Below are positions 19,398 through 30,933 of a DNA stretch of 64,000 bases, in pieces. Origin of the DNA: Phaeosaccion multiseriatum (Eukaryota; Protista; Ochrophyta, other classes); the NCBI GenBank assembly GCA_965112735.1, contig OZ218953.1:2046001-2110000 (forward strand), in the 5' to 3' direction. The notes beneath the pieces were generated by a model, which saw nothing but the letters and a program-made list of their open reading frames with translations, made no database searches and had not been told where the DNA came from. Each line of letters opens with the position of its first letter. Within the stretch, counting starts at the first letter, position 1. Position numbers and translations under genes: made by a program.

Positions 19398-21671
19398 CGT
19401 GTGTGCGTTCGGGTGTGTGTGTGTGGCTGGGTGTGGGTATGCCTGTGTGCCTTTGTTTGGACGGACGTTGAGTGCCTAAGCACCATGTATGTATCCATGC
19501 TTGCATTGCGTGCTTCCGTTGCTCTCCTCCTCCACTCCCAGGCAAGAGCTACACGGAGGTGGAAGTGGACGACCACCTAAGAGAGTACAGGAAGGCAGAG
19601 GGCATGATGGAGGAGAGGTGAGGGGGGGGGCGAGAGAGAGAGACGGGGGTGGAAGGGACGGGGGAAGGCGGGACAAGAGTAGAACCAACAGCGCTGCTGC
19701 TTGGTCTCTTACACGGCATGTGCCCGGAGAGCCCGACTGACGCACGTCCAAATCCCTGCAACATCGCTCCTTTGTATATCATATTTTGTTCAACCCTCAG
19801 TTTCCCCACCATCGCGGGGGCTGGTGCCAACGGAGCCATTATTCACTACAGGGCCAAGCGAGAGACCGCGGCGACTGTGGACAAGTCGGTCATGTTTTTG
19901 CTGGACAGCGGCGGGCAGTACGAGGACGGGACGACCGACGTGACGAGGACCATGCACTTCGGCACTCCCACTGACTTCCAGAAGGAGGCGTACACACGGG
20001 TGCTGCAGGTAGGAGAGAGAGGGGAGGTAAAGAGAAGGGAGAGAGAGAGGGAGAGAGAGGGGGGGGGGGGGGGGAGAGGGAGGGGGGTTTGGCAGCGGCA
20101 GTGGGGGTGGGTATGCTGTGGCGCCAACTGAAGTGGCGGTCAGTGGGAGTCAGGGTGTTGCTTGCGCCCTTCAATGCCCTCCCTCGCTCTCTCTCGCCCC
20201 ACCTCCCTTCTTCTTGCCTTTCGACGTGTGCTATTTCCGCTCCCGTTCCCTTCCTTCCCTTACGCCCGCTATCTTTCGACAGAGAATACACATCGTTTTA
20301 CCCTGCATGCCTGACGCCTTTGTCGCCTCCGCCCCCACACACACTCACATGCACTGTCGCCTTCCGACCCCCTACCAACTCGATAACTCGCCAATTGCCT
20401 GCCGTTGTTGACCGACCAGGGCAACATTTGCCTTAGTACGGCAATCTTCCCCGAAGGCGTCCCCGGCTGCCAGGTTAGTATGTTGGTTCTTTGTGTTTTG
20501 GCTTTCTGGTTTCAGCGCCAGTTGTCAGCTGTAGCCCGCGCACGCACACACGCGGCGCACGCGCACATATACACACTACCCTACTAAGATGGTTGTCAGC
20601 GGCTCACTGGCCATTCTCTGCAGTAGTGCACTGGCGCTCTCGTCACTGACTTCATCTCCTGCCAGTCAACCTGACGCCGCGACGTCCTACCTCACTGTCT
20701 GCCTTTTGTGTATACATGTCTCTGTATGTGCCTGCCTGTCTGTCTGTCCGTCTGTCTTGTCTGTCCGCAGATCGATGCGTTTGCACGTAGAGCTCTTTGG
20801 TCCTCCGGCCTTGACTACACACACGGCACCGGTCACGGTGTGGGCGCTGCCCTCAACGTGCACGAAGGCCCACACTCCATCTCGGCTCGATTCGGAAACC
20901 TCTCACCTATGGAGAAGGGCATGATCGTCAGGTCAGAGTCGGCTCCTCCTCTTCTTCCTCCTCCTCTTCCTCCTCCTCCTCCCTCATCGTCCTCCTTTTT
21001 CTCCCCCCCCCCTCCCCCTCTTCCCGGGGAATGTCGGTACCGTGTTCACTGTTTACGCTATACCTCTCGGTGCACAAGTAGTTGTCGCCGTGCTGAGTAC
21101 GTCGATGGTTGACTTGCGTTTCGAAGATGCTGCAAGAAATGTGTCTTGCCCTCATGAATTGCCTCCACCCGCCATGTCTGCCTCTCTCTCGCTCCATGTC
21201 TGTCTGTCTTGTCTCCGTGGCTGTTTGTCTCTCTCTACCTCTCTCTCTTTTCTCTCTCTCTCTTCTCTCTCTCGCGTTCTCTCTCTCCGTCTGTCCCTCT
21301 CTCGATTCTTTCTTTTCTCTCCTTCTCTTCTCTTCTCTCTCTCGTTCGCTCGCTCTCTCCCTCTCAGCAACGAGCCTGGCTTCTACCAACCCGGCGAGTT
21401 TGGTATTCGCATCGAGAACCTCATGGAAATTGTCGACACAGGCATGACCAACAAGGTCCTAAACAAGTCCTTCTTCACCTTTGAGCAGCTCACCCTCATC
21501 CCCATTCAGCAGAGCCTCATCGACACCAGCCTCCTCACCACCGCTGAGATGGACTGGCTGGATGCCTACCACAGGACGGTGTGGGAAAAGATCAGTCCAC
21601 GTCTGAGCGGGGAAGAAGACAAGCTTGCGCTCCAGTGGCTGAAGGAGGCGACAGTCCCCATACCGCGGTGA
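17003..21671 (+). CDS. Xaa-Pro aminopeptidase (aminopeptidase P, M24B), copy A
   Basis: Creatinase-N motifs AFIVPSDDPHLSEY, FISGFTGSAGT and LWTDGRYFLQA. Catalytic motifs LLDSGGQYEDGTTDVTRT, HGTGHGVGAALNVHEGP and SNEPGFY..GEFGIRIEN. About 9 exons. Confidence 0.95.
17557..18695 (+). repeat. Left arm of a ~1.14 kb near-identical inverted repeat (partner 24615-25750)
   Basis: Exons 2-3 and the intervening intron of aminopeptidase A match the reverse complement of copy B, with only scattered mismatches by eye. Confidence 0.93.
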
Positions 21672-22258
21672 CCGCTCAAGCGGTAGGGGAAGCGCTGGAG
21701 GTGGGTTTGATTGGTAGAGAGCAAGAGATGGACCAGAGGGATTCTGGCCACTGTGTGTGGAACTGCACGCCTCCCCCTGGCATGCGGGCCGAGGGCGTCT
21801 GCTCTGCTCCGCTCTGTGTCGTTCTGCTTTGCTTTACGCTTACAAGTGTGTGCCTCTCTTCCACCCTCCTTGACGGCACTTCCTTGACGGACACACAAAG
21901 GCGTTTGCCGCCTAAGACAACCCCTGAGGTATCGCCCTCGGGTATGCGAAGGAATCTAGTACATACATACCCAAGAAGAAGAAAATCAAGCTTCAAGACC
22001 TTTCATTACCTAATAAAGTATGTACAGTACAAAAAAATTAAAAGAAATAATGGACAATGGCAGCGAGAAACAAGTACAGTACAAATTAAGAGACAAGGCG
22101 CGAGAAGAAAGGTGGAGAGTGCTTGTAATGGTGCGCGGGCCCAGGCCCTAAGAAAGTCAGCCCCAGCCCCTACCGCCCTCATCTCCCATCCATCTATTTA
22201 TCCAACCAAAAACACACAGCACACGACCACACCCAGCACACCGCCACCGCCGTCACAG

Positions 22259-22881
22259 CTACCGCTTCATGGGGCCTGTCGCCTCCTTCAGCCACTGGAG
22301 CGCAAGCTTGTCTTCTTCCCCGCCCAGACGTGGACTGATCTTTTCCCACACCGTCCTGTGGTAGGCATCCAGCCAGTCCATCTCAGCGGTGGTGAGGAGG
22401 CTGGTGTCGATGAGGCTCTGCTGAATGGGGATGAGGGTGAGGTCTTCAAAGGTGAAGAAGGACTTGTTCAGGACCTTGTTGGTCATGCCTGTGTCGACAA
22501 TTTCCAGGAGGTTCTCGATGCGAATACCAAACTCGCCGGGTTGGTAGAAGCCAGGCTCGTTGCTGAGAGGGAGAGAGAGAGAGAGAGCGAGAGACAGGGT
22601 GAGAGGAGAGAAAGAGAACATGGAGAAGGTGTGCAGGTGTGTGTGAGAGAGAGAGAGAAACCCGGGGTACACAAACCTGACGATCATGCCCTTCTCCATG
22701 GGTGAGAGGTTTCCGAATCGAGGAGAGATTGAGTGTGGGCCTTCGTGCACGTTGAGGGCAGCGCCCACCCCGTGACCGGTGCCATGACCGTAGTCGAGGC
22801 CAGCGGCCCAGAGAGCCCTACGCGCAAAGGCGTCGATCTGTGAACACAAAGACAGACAGACAGATAGGCAGACAGACAGGC

Positions 22882-22961
<80 letters not shown>

Positions 22962-24267
22962 GGACAGACAGACAGACAGGCAGACAGACACACGGACAGA
23001 CAGACAAATAAGACAGACAGAGAGAGCGACAGACAAGACAGACAGAGAGAGAGAGACAGACAAGACAGACAAACAAACAGACAGACGGACACACAGACAG
23101 GCCGGGCAGACAGATAAGACAGACAGAGAGAGAGAGAGACAGACAGACAGATACACAGACGGATAGATAGAGAGGAAGGATATGAGAGGAGAGAAAGGCA
23201 GACAGATAGAAAGAGGGCATTGATGGATCTCCGCAGAACCGTTACAGAAAGAGGAAGCAAGAAGCAAGACTGACCTGACAACCGGGAGTGCCGTCGGGGA
23301 ACACGGCCGTACTCAGGCCGATGTGGCCCTACCGGTAAGGCGAAGGACACAAGGAGGGGGGGGGGCAGGGAAGGAGGCAGAAGGGAGGTTAGGAGGGAGA
23401 GAGGGAGGGAGAGAGGGGGGGGGCACGAAGAGCACAACACCCTGACTACTCGCATTAAACACCAATTCACTTGGTGCCACAGCATGTGTCCGTCCTCTCT
23501 GCCATCCCTTCGGGCATTGAGCATAAAGCAGCACTGCCGCTGCAACTGCCGCGGCCACTGCCGCTGCCACACCCCTCCCTCTCTCTCCTACCTTCAGCAC
23601 CCGTGTGTAGGCCTCCTTCTGGAAGTCAGTGGGAGTGCCGAAGTGCATGGTCCTCGTCACGTCGGTAGTCCCGTCCTCGTACTGCCCACCGCTGTCCAGT
23701 AAGAACATGACCGAGTTATCCAGCGTCGCCGCGGTCTCCGGCTGGGCATCGTAATGAATAATGGCTCCATTGGCACCCGCACCCGCGATGGTGGGGAAAC
23801 TGGGGGGAGGGGGGGGTGCACAAAAATATAATAGAGTAAGGAGAGTTCTTGCACAGCATACGGACAGGGAGGTGCAAGAAATCAAGCAGGAGGGCTGCTG
23901 CTCTGCTCCTGTCCCACCCCCACCCCCCCCTTCCCTTCCACCTCCGCCTCTCTCTCGCTCCCCCCTCACCTCTCCTCCATCATGCCCTCTGCCTTCCTGT
24001 ACTCTCTCAGGTGAGCGTCCACCTCAACCTCCGTGTAGCTCTTGCCTGGGGAGTGGAGGAGGAGAGCAACGGAAGCACGCAATGCAAGCATTTATTGGCA
24101 GATGGTGGTTAGGTCCTCCACTCTCCTGCTTGGGCTCCATCTTTGCCTGACATGTCATTCCTCACCTTGCTCTCCGACATCCCGTTGCAGCCATGACAAA
24201 AATCGAGCCATGGCGGTACCATCCCTGTGGCAAGAGGGAAGAAGAGGCGAAAGAAGGCAACAAGAGA

Positions 24268-24330
<63 letters not shown>

Positions 24331-26643
24331 CGTAAGAAAGGTAAGCAAGGCAACGTACAAAAGATTGATCTTCCTTGCCACAGCCCCAATCCCAGTTCTA
24401 TCCCATAGCCTTGTCCTTCGCCGCGTGCGCCGTTCTCACCAAGAGAGCCCCCCCGAGCCTCAGGCCCTCGGTCACAACTCTACACTGCACGCATCGCCAA
24501 CGGTGCGTAAGTCTCTTCGATCGATATGAGGTGCCGCTCTCTTCCCTCCCTCTATCCCTCCCTCACAGATGGAGATTCAAAGCAACGCACCTGATGTGGA
24601 CCTCTCTCATGCTCTTCAGCTCGGTGTCATTCTTCACCCCCTTCGCCAGCGTAATGGGGCTGACCTTCTGTACGGCACTCGCTTCGGCGGTACCGTCCTT
24701 GCCCCCCTTCCCCTCCCCCTGCCCCCCCCCTCCCACCACCGCGTCGTAGAAGGCGAAGTTCACTCGGGCAGGGTCCACCCACACGCTCTTACCCTCCTTC
24801 ACGAGCCGCTTCACGTACGGCAGCGCCTCCGTGTAGTCAGCCACCGTCACGCCAGGCTCACTCAAGTGCGCCCGCACCTCCTCGCCCACCTTGGCCTGGT
24901 CAATGAACAGGTTGGCCTCTCCCTCCGTCACCACCGCGTAGGCCACAGTCACTGGGTTGTGTGCCACGTCACTGCCCCTCACGTTGAGCAGATACGCCAC
25001 CTCGTCCAGCATGCACACCACAAAGGCCTCCGCCTTCTCCTCCGCCATGGAGCCGCGGAGGCTCTTCAGCTTGTCTGCCACGCTCTGCCCAGCGAACTGG
25101 AGAGGGTGCACGCGCACCTGGCTCTGGGGGGCAGAGGGGCGGGCCTCTCCCCACACAGCGTCCAGGGGATTCGTCTCGTACTTCTTCATGTTGATGCTCT
25201 GAGGAGGAGGTCGGACGGCAAGGCGAGGGCGTTGAAAGCAACGGCAAGGCAGGCCGGCATGAATGAGGGGAGACGCATGGCGAGTTGGGTGGAGAGGGAT
25301 GGCGGGTTGGACCTCACAGACTCGGGCCAATGTCCCAAGCATATCTGGAGTATGGTAGACCGACTGACCGACTGACCGACCGACTGACTGACTGACGGAC
25401 CCAGCGAACAACCTACCTTCTCTCGCAGCCCGTCCCTGAGCTGAGTGGCGAAAGTGGCGCTGAGCACGAAGGGGTCGACCGCCACCTCGTCCCCTGCGGA
25501 CAGCTCGCTGCAGAGGTAGTCCTTGATTGTCGGCGTGCCCTTCTGGCCCGACTTCATCAGCGTCCAGTCGCTCTGCAGCTCCTGCCCCGCCTGCAGGAAG
25601 TACCTCCCGTCTGTCCACAACAACGCGGCGGACTTGGTGATGACCACCGTGCCTGCAGAGCCCGTGAAGCCTGAGATGAACTCCCTGGGGTGGAGGTGGG
25701 GTGGGGTGGGGCGGGCGGAAGACAGAACGACAAGGACGGTTACAGAAGGGTCAGAGGAAACACCTGATTCAACACACTCTGCCACACTCCTCCTACAAAC
25801 ATGCACACACAAATGTGCCAAATATAAAACGCGACAGAGGAGGCCATTGAAAAGGGCGAAGTGAGGACGGGAAGCTCACACGGCCCAAAGAGCAAACAGC
25901 ATCGTCCCTGCCAGGCTTTCCGCCCTCTCCTGTAGACTTGCCGGTCCGCCTTCCTTTTCCAGCCGAAACCCTCACCTTCGATTGTAGTGCGGCGCTGCGT
26001 ATTCGCTGAGATGTGGGTCATCCGAGGGGACAATGAAGGCGACGACACCTTCCTCCTCCATCCACGCTCGGAGGGCAGAAACAGACTCGGATATGCCGCT
26101 ACTGCTGCTGCTGCTGCTGCTACTGCTTACATCCTCCTCTGCGGTGAGTGTCGAGGGTACGCTGGATCCTGCCATCGCTTCGCTGGAGGCGTTGGGTACC
26201 GTGGCCGAGGCGCCTCCTCGAGAAGAGAAGGCTCGGTGGAAGGAGGGGGAGAAATTCCGCGGACGGCCGAAGGAGTCTAGTATAGGTCGAGAGGAAGATG
26301 CTGATAGGGATGATGAAGAGGAGGGGGAGGAGGGGGGCGGAGAAGATGCAGAGCAAGCCGCAAAGGCTGGCGTCGGCACCCGCGCATTCCTCGGCAGATG
26401 AGCTGTTGCTGCTGCGCTGGCGAGCCTCCTCGTCCCTCTCTGCCCCACTGCGCCGATCGAAGGCACCAGCCCATCTACGACCACCGCTTTCAAGCCGCAC
26501 ACTGCCCAAAGAGCCATGCAAGCGAGGACGGAAGGTCCTGTTGGGCCACCACCTCGGCCTTCGCTGCTGGTGCTACTGCTGGTCCCCTCCTTGCTGCTCC
26601 CACTAACACCTCTGCTGCTGCTTCGGCGGCGAGTGATTGCCAT
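22259..26643 (-). CDS. Xaa-Pro aminopeptidase (aminopeptidase P, M24B), copy B, with long N-terminal targeting extension
   Basis: Same motifs and intron positions as copy A. N-terminus has a hydrophobic segment (VLACMALWAVCGLKAVVVDG) and an S/R/A-rich transit-like region of ~150 aa before ALRAWMEEEGVVAFIVPSDDPH. Confidence 0.95.
24615..25750 (-). repeat. Right arm of the ~1.14 kb inverted repeat (partner 17557-18695)
   Basis: Reverse-complement match including the intron microsatellite gtcagtcagtcggtcggtc. Confidence 0.93.
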
Positions 26644-26844
26644 GGGATCTCCTGTTGCGAGAAGCTCCCTTTTGTTTTGTTTTTATTTGCTTTTTTATAG
26701 CTGGTATGTATCACACACGCTGAGTCACGCACGTCTGCTGCCATCTACTCCATGCCGTCTGCTGCCATGGAAACTCTCCTTTTTGTTTTCTTTTTCCCCT
26801 CCCTGGCCCCTCTCACAGCGAACAGAGCGGGTTAAACTCGCTCG

Positions 26845-28239
26845 ATGCTTCCCATTTACGCGCAGCAAGTGAAGCATAAGCAGCAGCGTCGGAAGCGGAG
26901 CTTTTTAGGAGCAGGAGTGCGGAGGAGTAGTGGAAGCAGGGGCGGCAGTAACAGCTGCGGCCAGGGCTTGCTAAGCCGGCCTCCAATCCAGTGGCTTTCG
27001 TGCGGAGGGGTCACGCTATTTGTCTTAATAACCTTGCAGGTACGTGATGGCCGAGGGTGCCTGCAGTAGAAGCCGGAAGGGCTGAAACCAAGTCGATGAC
27101 CATGGTCCGCTGTGTGCCTCATCGGCCAGGCATCTCTGCTGGCCCTTCCCGGCTTTGTTTTGCCTTCCCGGCACCCAGCACGACTCCCCTGTCCCTATGC
27201 AATCTAACATCTCGAGGAGGAGTTAACGGAATGGAGTGGGTATTATTTTTACTCCTTAAAACCCCGCGTTGCGGAACTCTACTCTCTCTCTCGAAACCGC
27301 ACAGATCCGCCTTTTTTCGTCTCTCAGCCAATCTGAGGACGCCTCCGATAGCTTGCTATCCAACGTCAAGAAGGCAATAGAAGAGGCGGCGGCAGCTGCT
27401 GGTGGCCAGGGCATCACGTAAGTCTGCGACAGCAATGCCTCCTAGCCGGCCGTCTCTTCGGTTCAGCCTTCTCAATCCCCCTTGTTTCTCCTCTTTTCAT
27501 CCTGTCCCCTACATTGCATCCTCTCAGAAAGTTGTGGGGGCGGGTGGACGAGGGTGGGAAGCCTGTGACATGTGTGGACCCCATAACCTCAGTCAAGCGG
27601 TTGATACCGGGCGAGTGGATCAACGACGACTATTGCGACTGCTCCCTCGGGGAGGATGAGCCGCACACAGGAGGTAAGAGAGGGACGAGGCGGTCGAGGG
27701 AGCTTCCCAATGCGCTCATTTCTCGTTGTTGAGCCTCATGCATTCGAACAGAGCTCTTCCTGCCTTTGTCCCTCTCCCTCCTCCCTCTCTGGTCTCTCTT
27801 CCCTCTTGTCTAATGGTGTATCCATCCCCTGCTCACGTTGCAGCATGCAGTATAACGACTGTGGGTCAAAAGAAGTTTGCCTGCCGACAAGAGCGGCAGC
27901 TGATGGCGAAACAGCCTTTCGAGCGCGAGTTTGTGTTCGCCTCCCGCCTTGGCGACGGTGTATGCGACTGCTGCGACGGGTCTGACGAAGGTAAGCGCAG
28001 CCGTCTTTGCTTCATACTCGTAACTGTTCCGTCGGCCCCTCTCTGCTCTGGCCATTTAACTGATTGTGTGTCCGTACGCCCTGTCACCTAATACGCCCGC
28101 AAAAAACTTCAACAACGACGACGACTCGACGCACACAGCACCAGCTGTAGATTGCCCCGATGTCTGCCCGGCAACAGCAGCGACTGGCGGAGAGGCAGAT
28201 TCTGTCGTGGAAAAGGGCTCTAGGGAAGGAGGAGGCTGA
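26845..28239 (+). CDS. Short glucosidase II beta subunit (PRKCSH/G2B)-like protein with N-terminal signal anchor
   Basis: INDDYCDCSLGEDEPHTG|ACS...FAC...SRLGDGVCDCCDGSDE...DCPDVC is the G2B N-terminal LDLa-like domain. The junction between exon 1 (ends 27039) and the 27328 exon is unresolved. Confidence 0.75.
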
Positions 28240-28585
28240 AGCCCAGACACATGCCGAACGGACGGACGGCGCCACCCATCCCTCCTCCCCCCACAACGAC
28301 ACAAAAGGCTCCATCTGCCAAGGAATGGTCAAACAACGTGGATGAGAAACCTACAGTGCAGGAGCGCTAGACCTTGTGGAATGGAAAGGCGTGCATTGAT
28401 TGATTGATTGCTTCATTCTCATGCATTGGTCGGAGGAGTCTCTCAGTCTCTCTCCTCTGCGACCCCATATATAGTACGGCCTCGACTCGCGGGCGGGCGA
28501 CGAAAAGAGCCCCCCCCACGCACCCCGGGGTGAAAAGTGGTTTAATTATGCGGTGCCAGGAGGAGCACGTCTGATCACTCCTCCT

Positions 28586-30498
28586 CTACTTCTCCAGAGG
28601 AGTGTTGGCCGTGGGCGAGGCCTCAGCAGCAGTACCAGCAGCACCAGCAGCAGCATCACCAGCACCAGAGGCCGCTGTGGGAGCCTTGCTGGACAAGGGT
28701 AGCTCTTGCATCACGGCCCAGCGGTGGCCGCCTGCGGTGCGCACCATCCCCCAGATATCGCCCCAGTGGCGCTTCTCGATGGGGTCGGTGACGGTTGCGC
28801 CCTCTGCTCGGATGGGAGCAGATAGCAGATGGCGGTATATGGCGTGAGCACCAGCAACCAAAGAGGACCACCACCACCACCACAAACCAGCCACAGCCAG
28901 CCACAGCACCCAGCGAACGAATCGAATCGAAGCGGAGACGATGAAAGCGAGGAGGGGGGGGGGACAGATGCATGCGAGTTCAAAGTGATGAGTCAGAAGA
29001 AGGACGAAAAAAGTGGGCGGGCTTGCGACTGACTGCCTGTCCACCTGATGACTCACCCTTGACGAAGGCTTCGCCCAAGGCCTTGGCGTCATCGGTGATC
29101 GTGGTGATGAACAGGGGCGGGTGTATCTCGGTAGCCTCCTCAGTTGGCCGCTCATACACAAATAACTTGGCTCCGTTCAGCTGTTGGGCCGAGAGCGAGG
29201 CAAGAGAGGCGAAAAGAACAATGCACGAGAGAGAGAGAGACAGAGAGAGAAGAGAGGGGGCGGGAAGAAGGGTTCGGAGGGCAGGAGGCCACGTATCACC
29301 GTGCACAGGCGGAAATAAGTAACCTTACGTATTAGCACGAACCGAAAGAAGATTAAGATTATGTCTCTTACCTCCATCTCCTGGTGCATGACGATGCCGT
29401 TCATGATGTATGTCTCTCCCACCTTGCTCGCGCCCAAGCCCTTCTCCAGAAACGTCGCATAAGTGCCAAAGGTGCCCTTCTTGACGGTGATGGAGGGCAC
29501 TTGGAGCTGCGCCGACTCTGGGGGAAGGCTCTGCCCCTCTCCCTTGCGGCTCGTCCCGCTGAGAGTTGATCAGACGGGGGGAGGAGGAGGAGGAGGAGGA
29601 GGAGGAGGAGGAGTAGGGGGTGTGGGGTGGGGGGCTCAGCAAGTGAGGAGAGCGCGAAGAGCAAGGATGTGTGAAGTATACAAGAGTTAGCACGTACCCG
29701 ATGCACCAGGTGACGCCGGCAGGGTCCATGATGGCGCCCCACTTGGAGCCCCAGAACATGGTCTTGAGGTCGAACAGCACATCTGCGCCCTCAGCGGCCT
29801 TGGCCCGCTCGAACAGAGCCTCGGGGTCGCGTACGGGTAAGCACAGCCGGGTGTACGAGGAGGAAGAAGAAGAGAAAGAAGAGGCCTTTGTATCCTCCTC
29901 TTTCTTCTCCTCGATCTTCTCATCCTCCTTCTTCTTGCTACTGCCAGCGGTGCGGGTGTTGGGGAGATCCGTCTCGGTGCCGCGGTCGGCGAAGAGTAGA
30001 GTCGTTGCTCCCAGGCTCATGGACAGGTGCATGACTTTGTCTCCTGCAGAGTGTGCAGTGAAAAGAAAAGAGGAGACATCATGGGGCAGGCAGTGTTGGT
30101 TGTCGACCTTGATGGAGACAGCACACGGAGAGCAGCCACAACCCACCTTCCTCCGGCCAGCGAAAGGTCTGTTTGCAGCCCAAGATCTTGCCCAGTGCGG
30201 CTGCCTCTGTCAAGGCGTTGCACCCCACCCCATCTTCCCCTAGTGTGCACAGGAACTCTGCTTGTATCTCGTTGTACAGGGGAGGGCCGTCCGCGTCCGG
30301 GCACTCCTCGGCAACGGAGCCGGCGGTTGAGCCCTGGGTGGTGACGCTGTCAGCAGTGGGCGCCGAGGCTGTCGTTGTGGTTGCTGCCGGTGCTTTCGCG
30401 CCCTCGTCATTGGTATCACTGGTGGCGGAACAAATCTTCTGGCGCTTGCTCTCTTGGTGCACGGCATCGGTAGCAGTCTTGTCCTTTGAGTCCGGCAT
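28586..30498 (-). CDS. Tandem PhnB-like/VOC domain protein; about 5 exons
   Basis: Domain 1: DKVMHLSMSLGATTLLFAD...DPEALFERAKAAEGADVLFDLKTMFWGSKWGAIMDPAGVTWCI. Domain 2: IVMHQEME|LNGAKLFVYE...EGATVTDPIEKRHWGDIWGMVRTAGGHRWAV. Confidence 0.82.
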
Positions 30499-30933
30499 CT
30501 TGCTGGAGATTTGAGGCAGGTTGCGAGGTTGAGAAACCTGAGGGGGGAAAGAGGTCCAGAAGAGAGCTTGGAAGTGAGTGAGGGAGGGGGGCGGGTGAGG
30601 GAGAAATTTGGCGCGAACTGGCTGGCAAAATTTCTTCCCGCCCAGCCTTACTTCTTGCGTCTACATCCACCACTCGCCACCCACATACCCTCTCCTGCCA
30701 CTCCTCACGGTGTGCAAGCGTACCCTTCACGTGCCCTTGGAAGAAGAAGATTTTTTAGTATTTTCGAAGTGATGAAGAGGAAGGAAGTCAATGAAATACA
30801 GGGGCATATAGGCACGCCACCGCGCCGGGGACCACAAAGACAAATAGAAGAAGAAGAAGAAGAAGAAGAAGAAGAAGAAGAAACAGTACCTTGCTGGGGA
30901 GCGCCGGCAGCATCAGCAGGAGAAAGCAGCGGG

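Noticed and set aside
21581-22705. 374-aa plus-strand ORF bridging the two aminopeptidase genes
   Set aside because: It consists of an alternative frame of copy A's end, 3' UTR sequence and the antisense of copy B's last exon, with no recognisable motifs.
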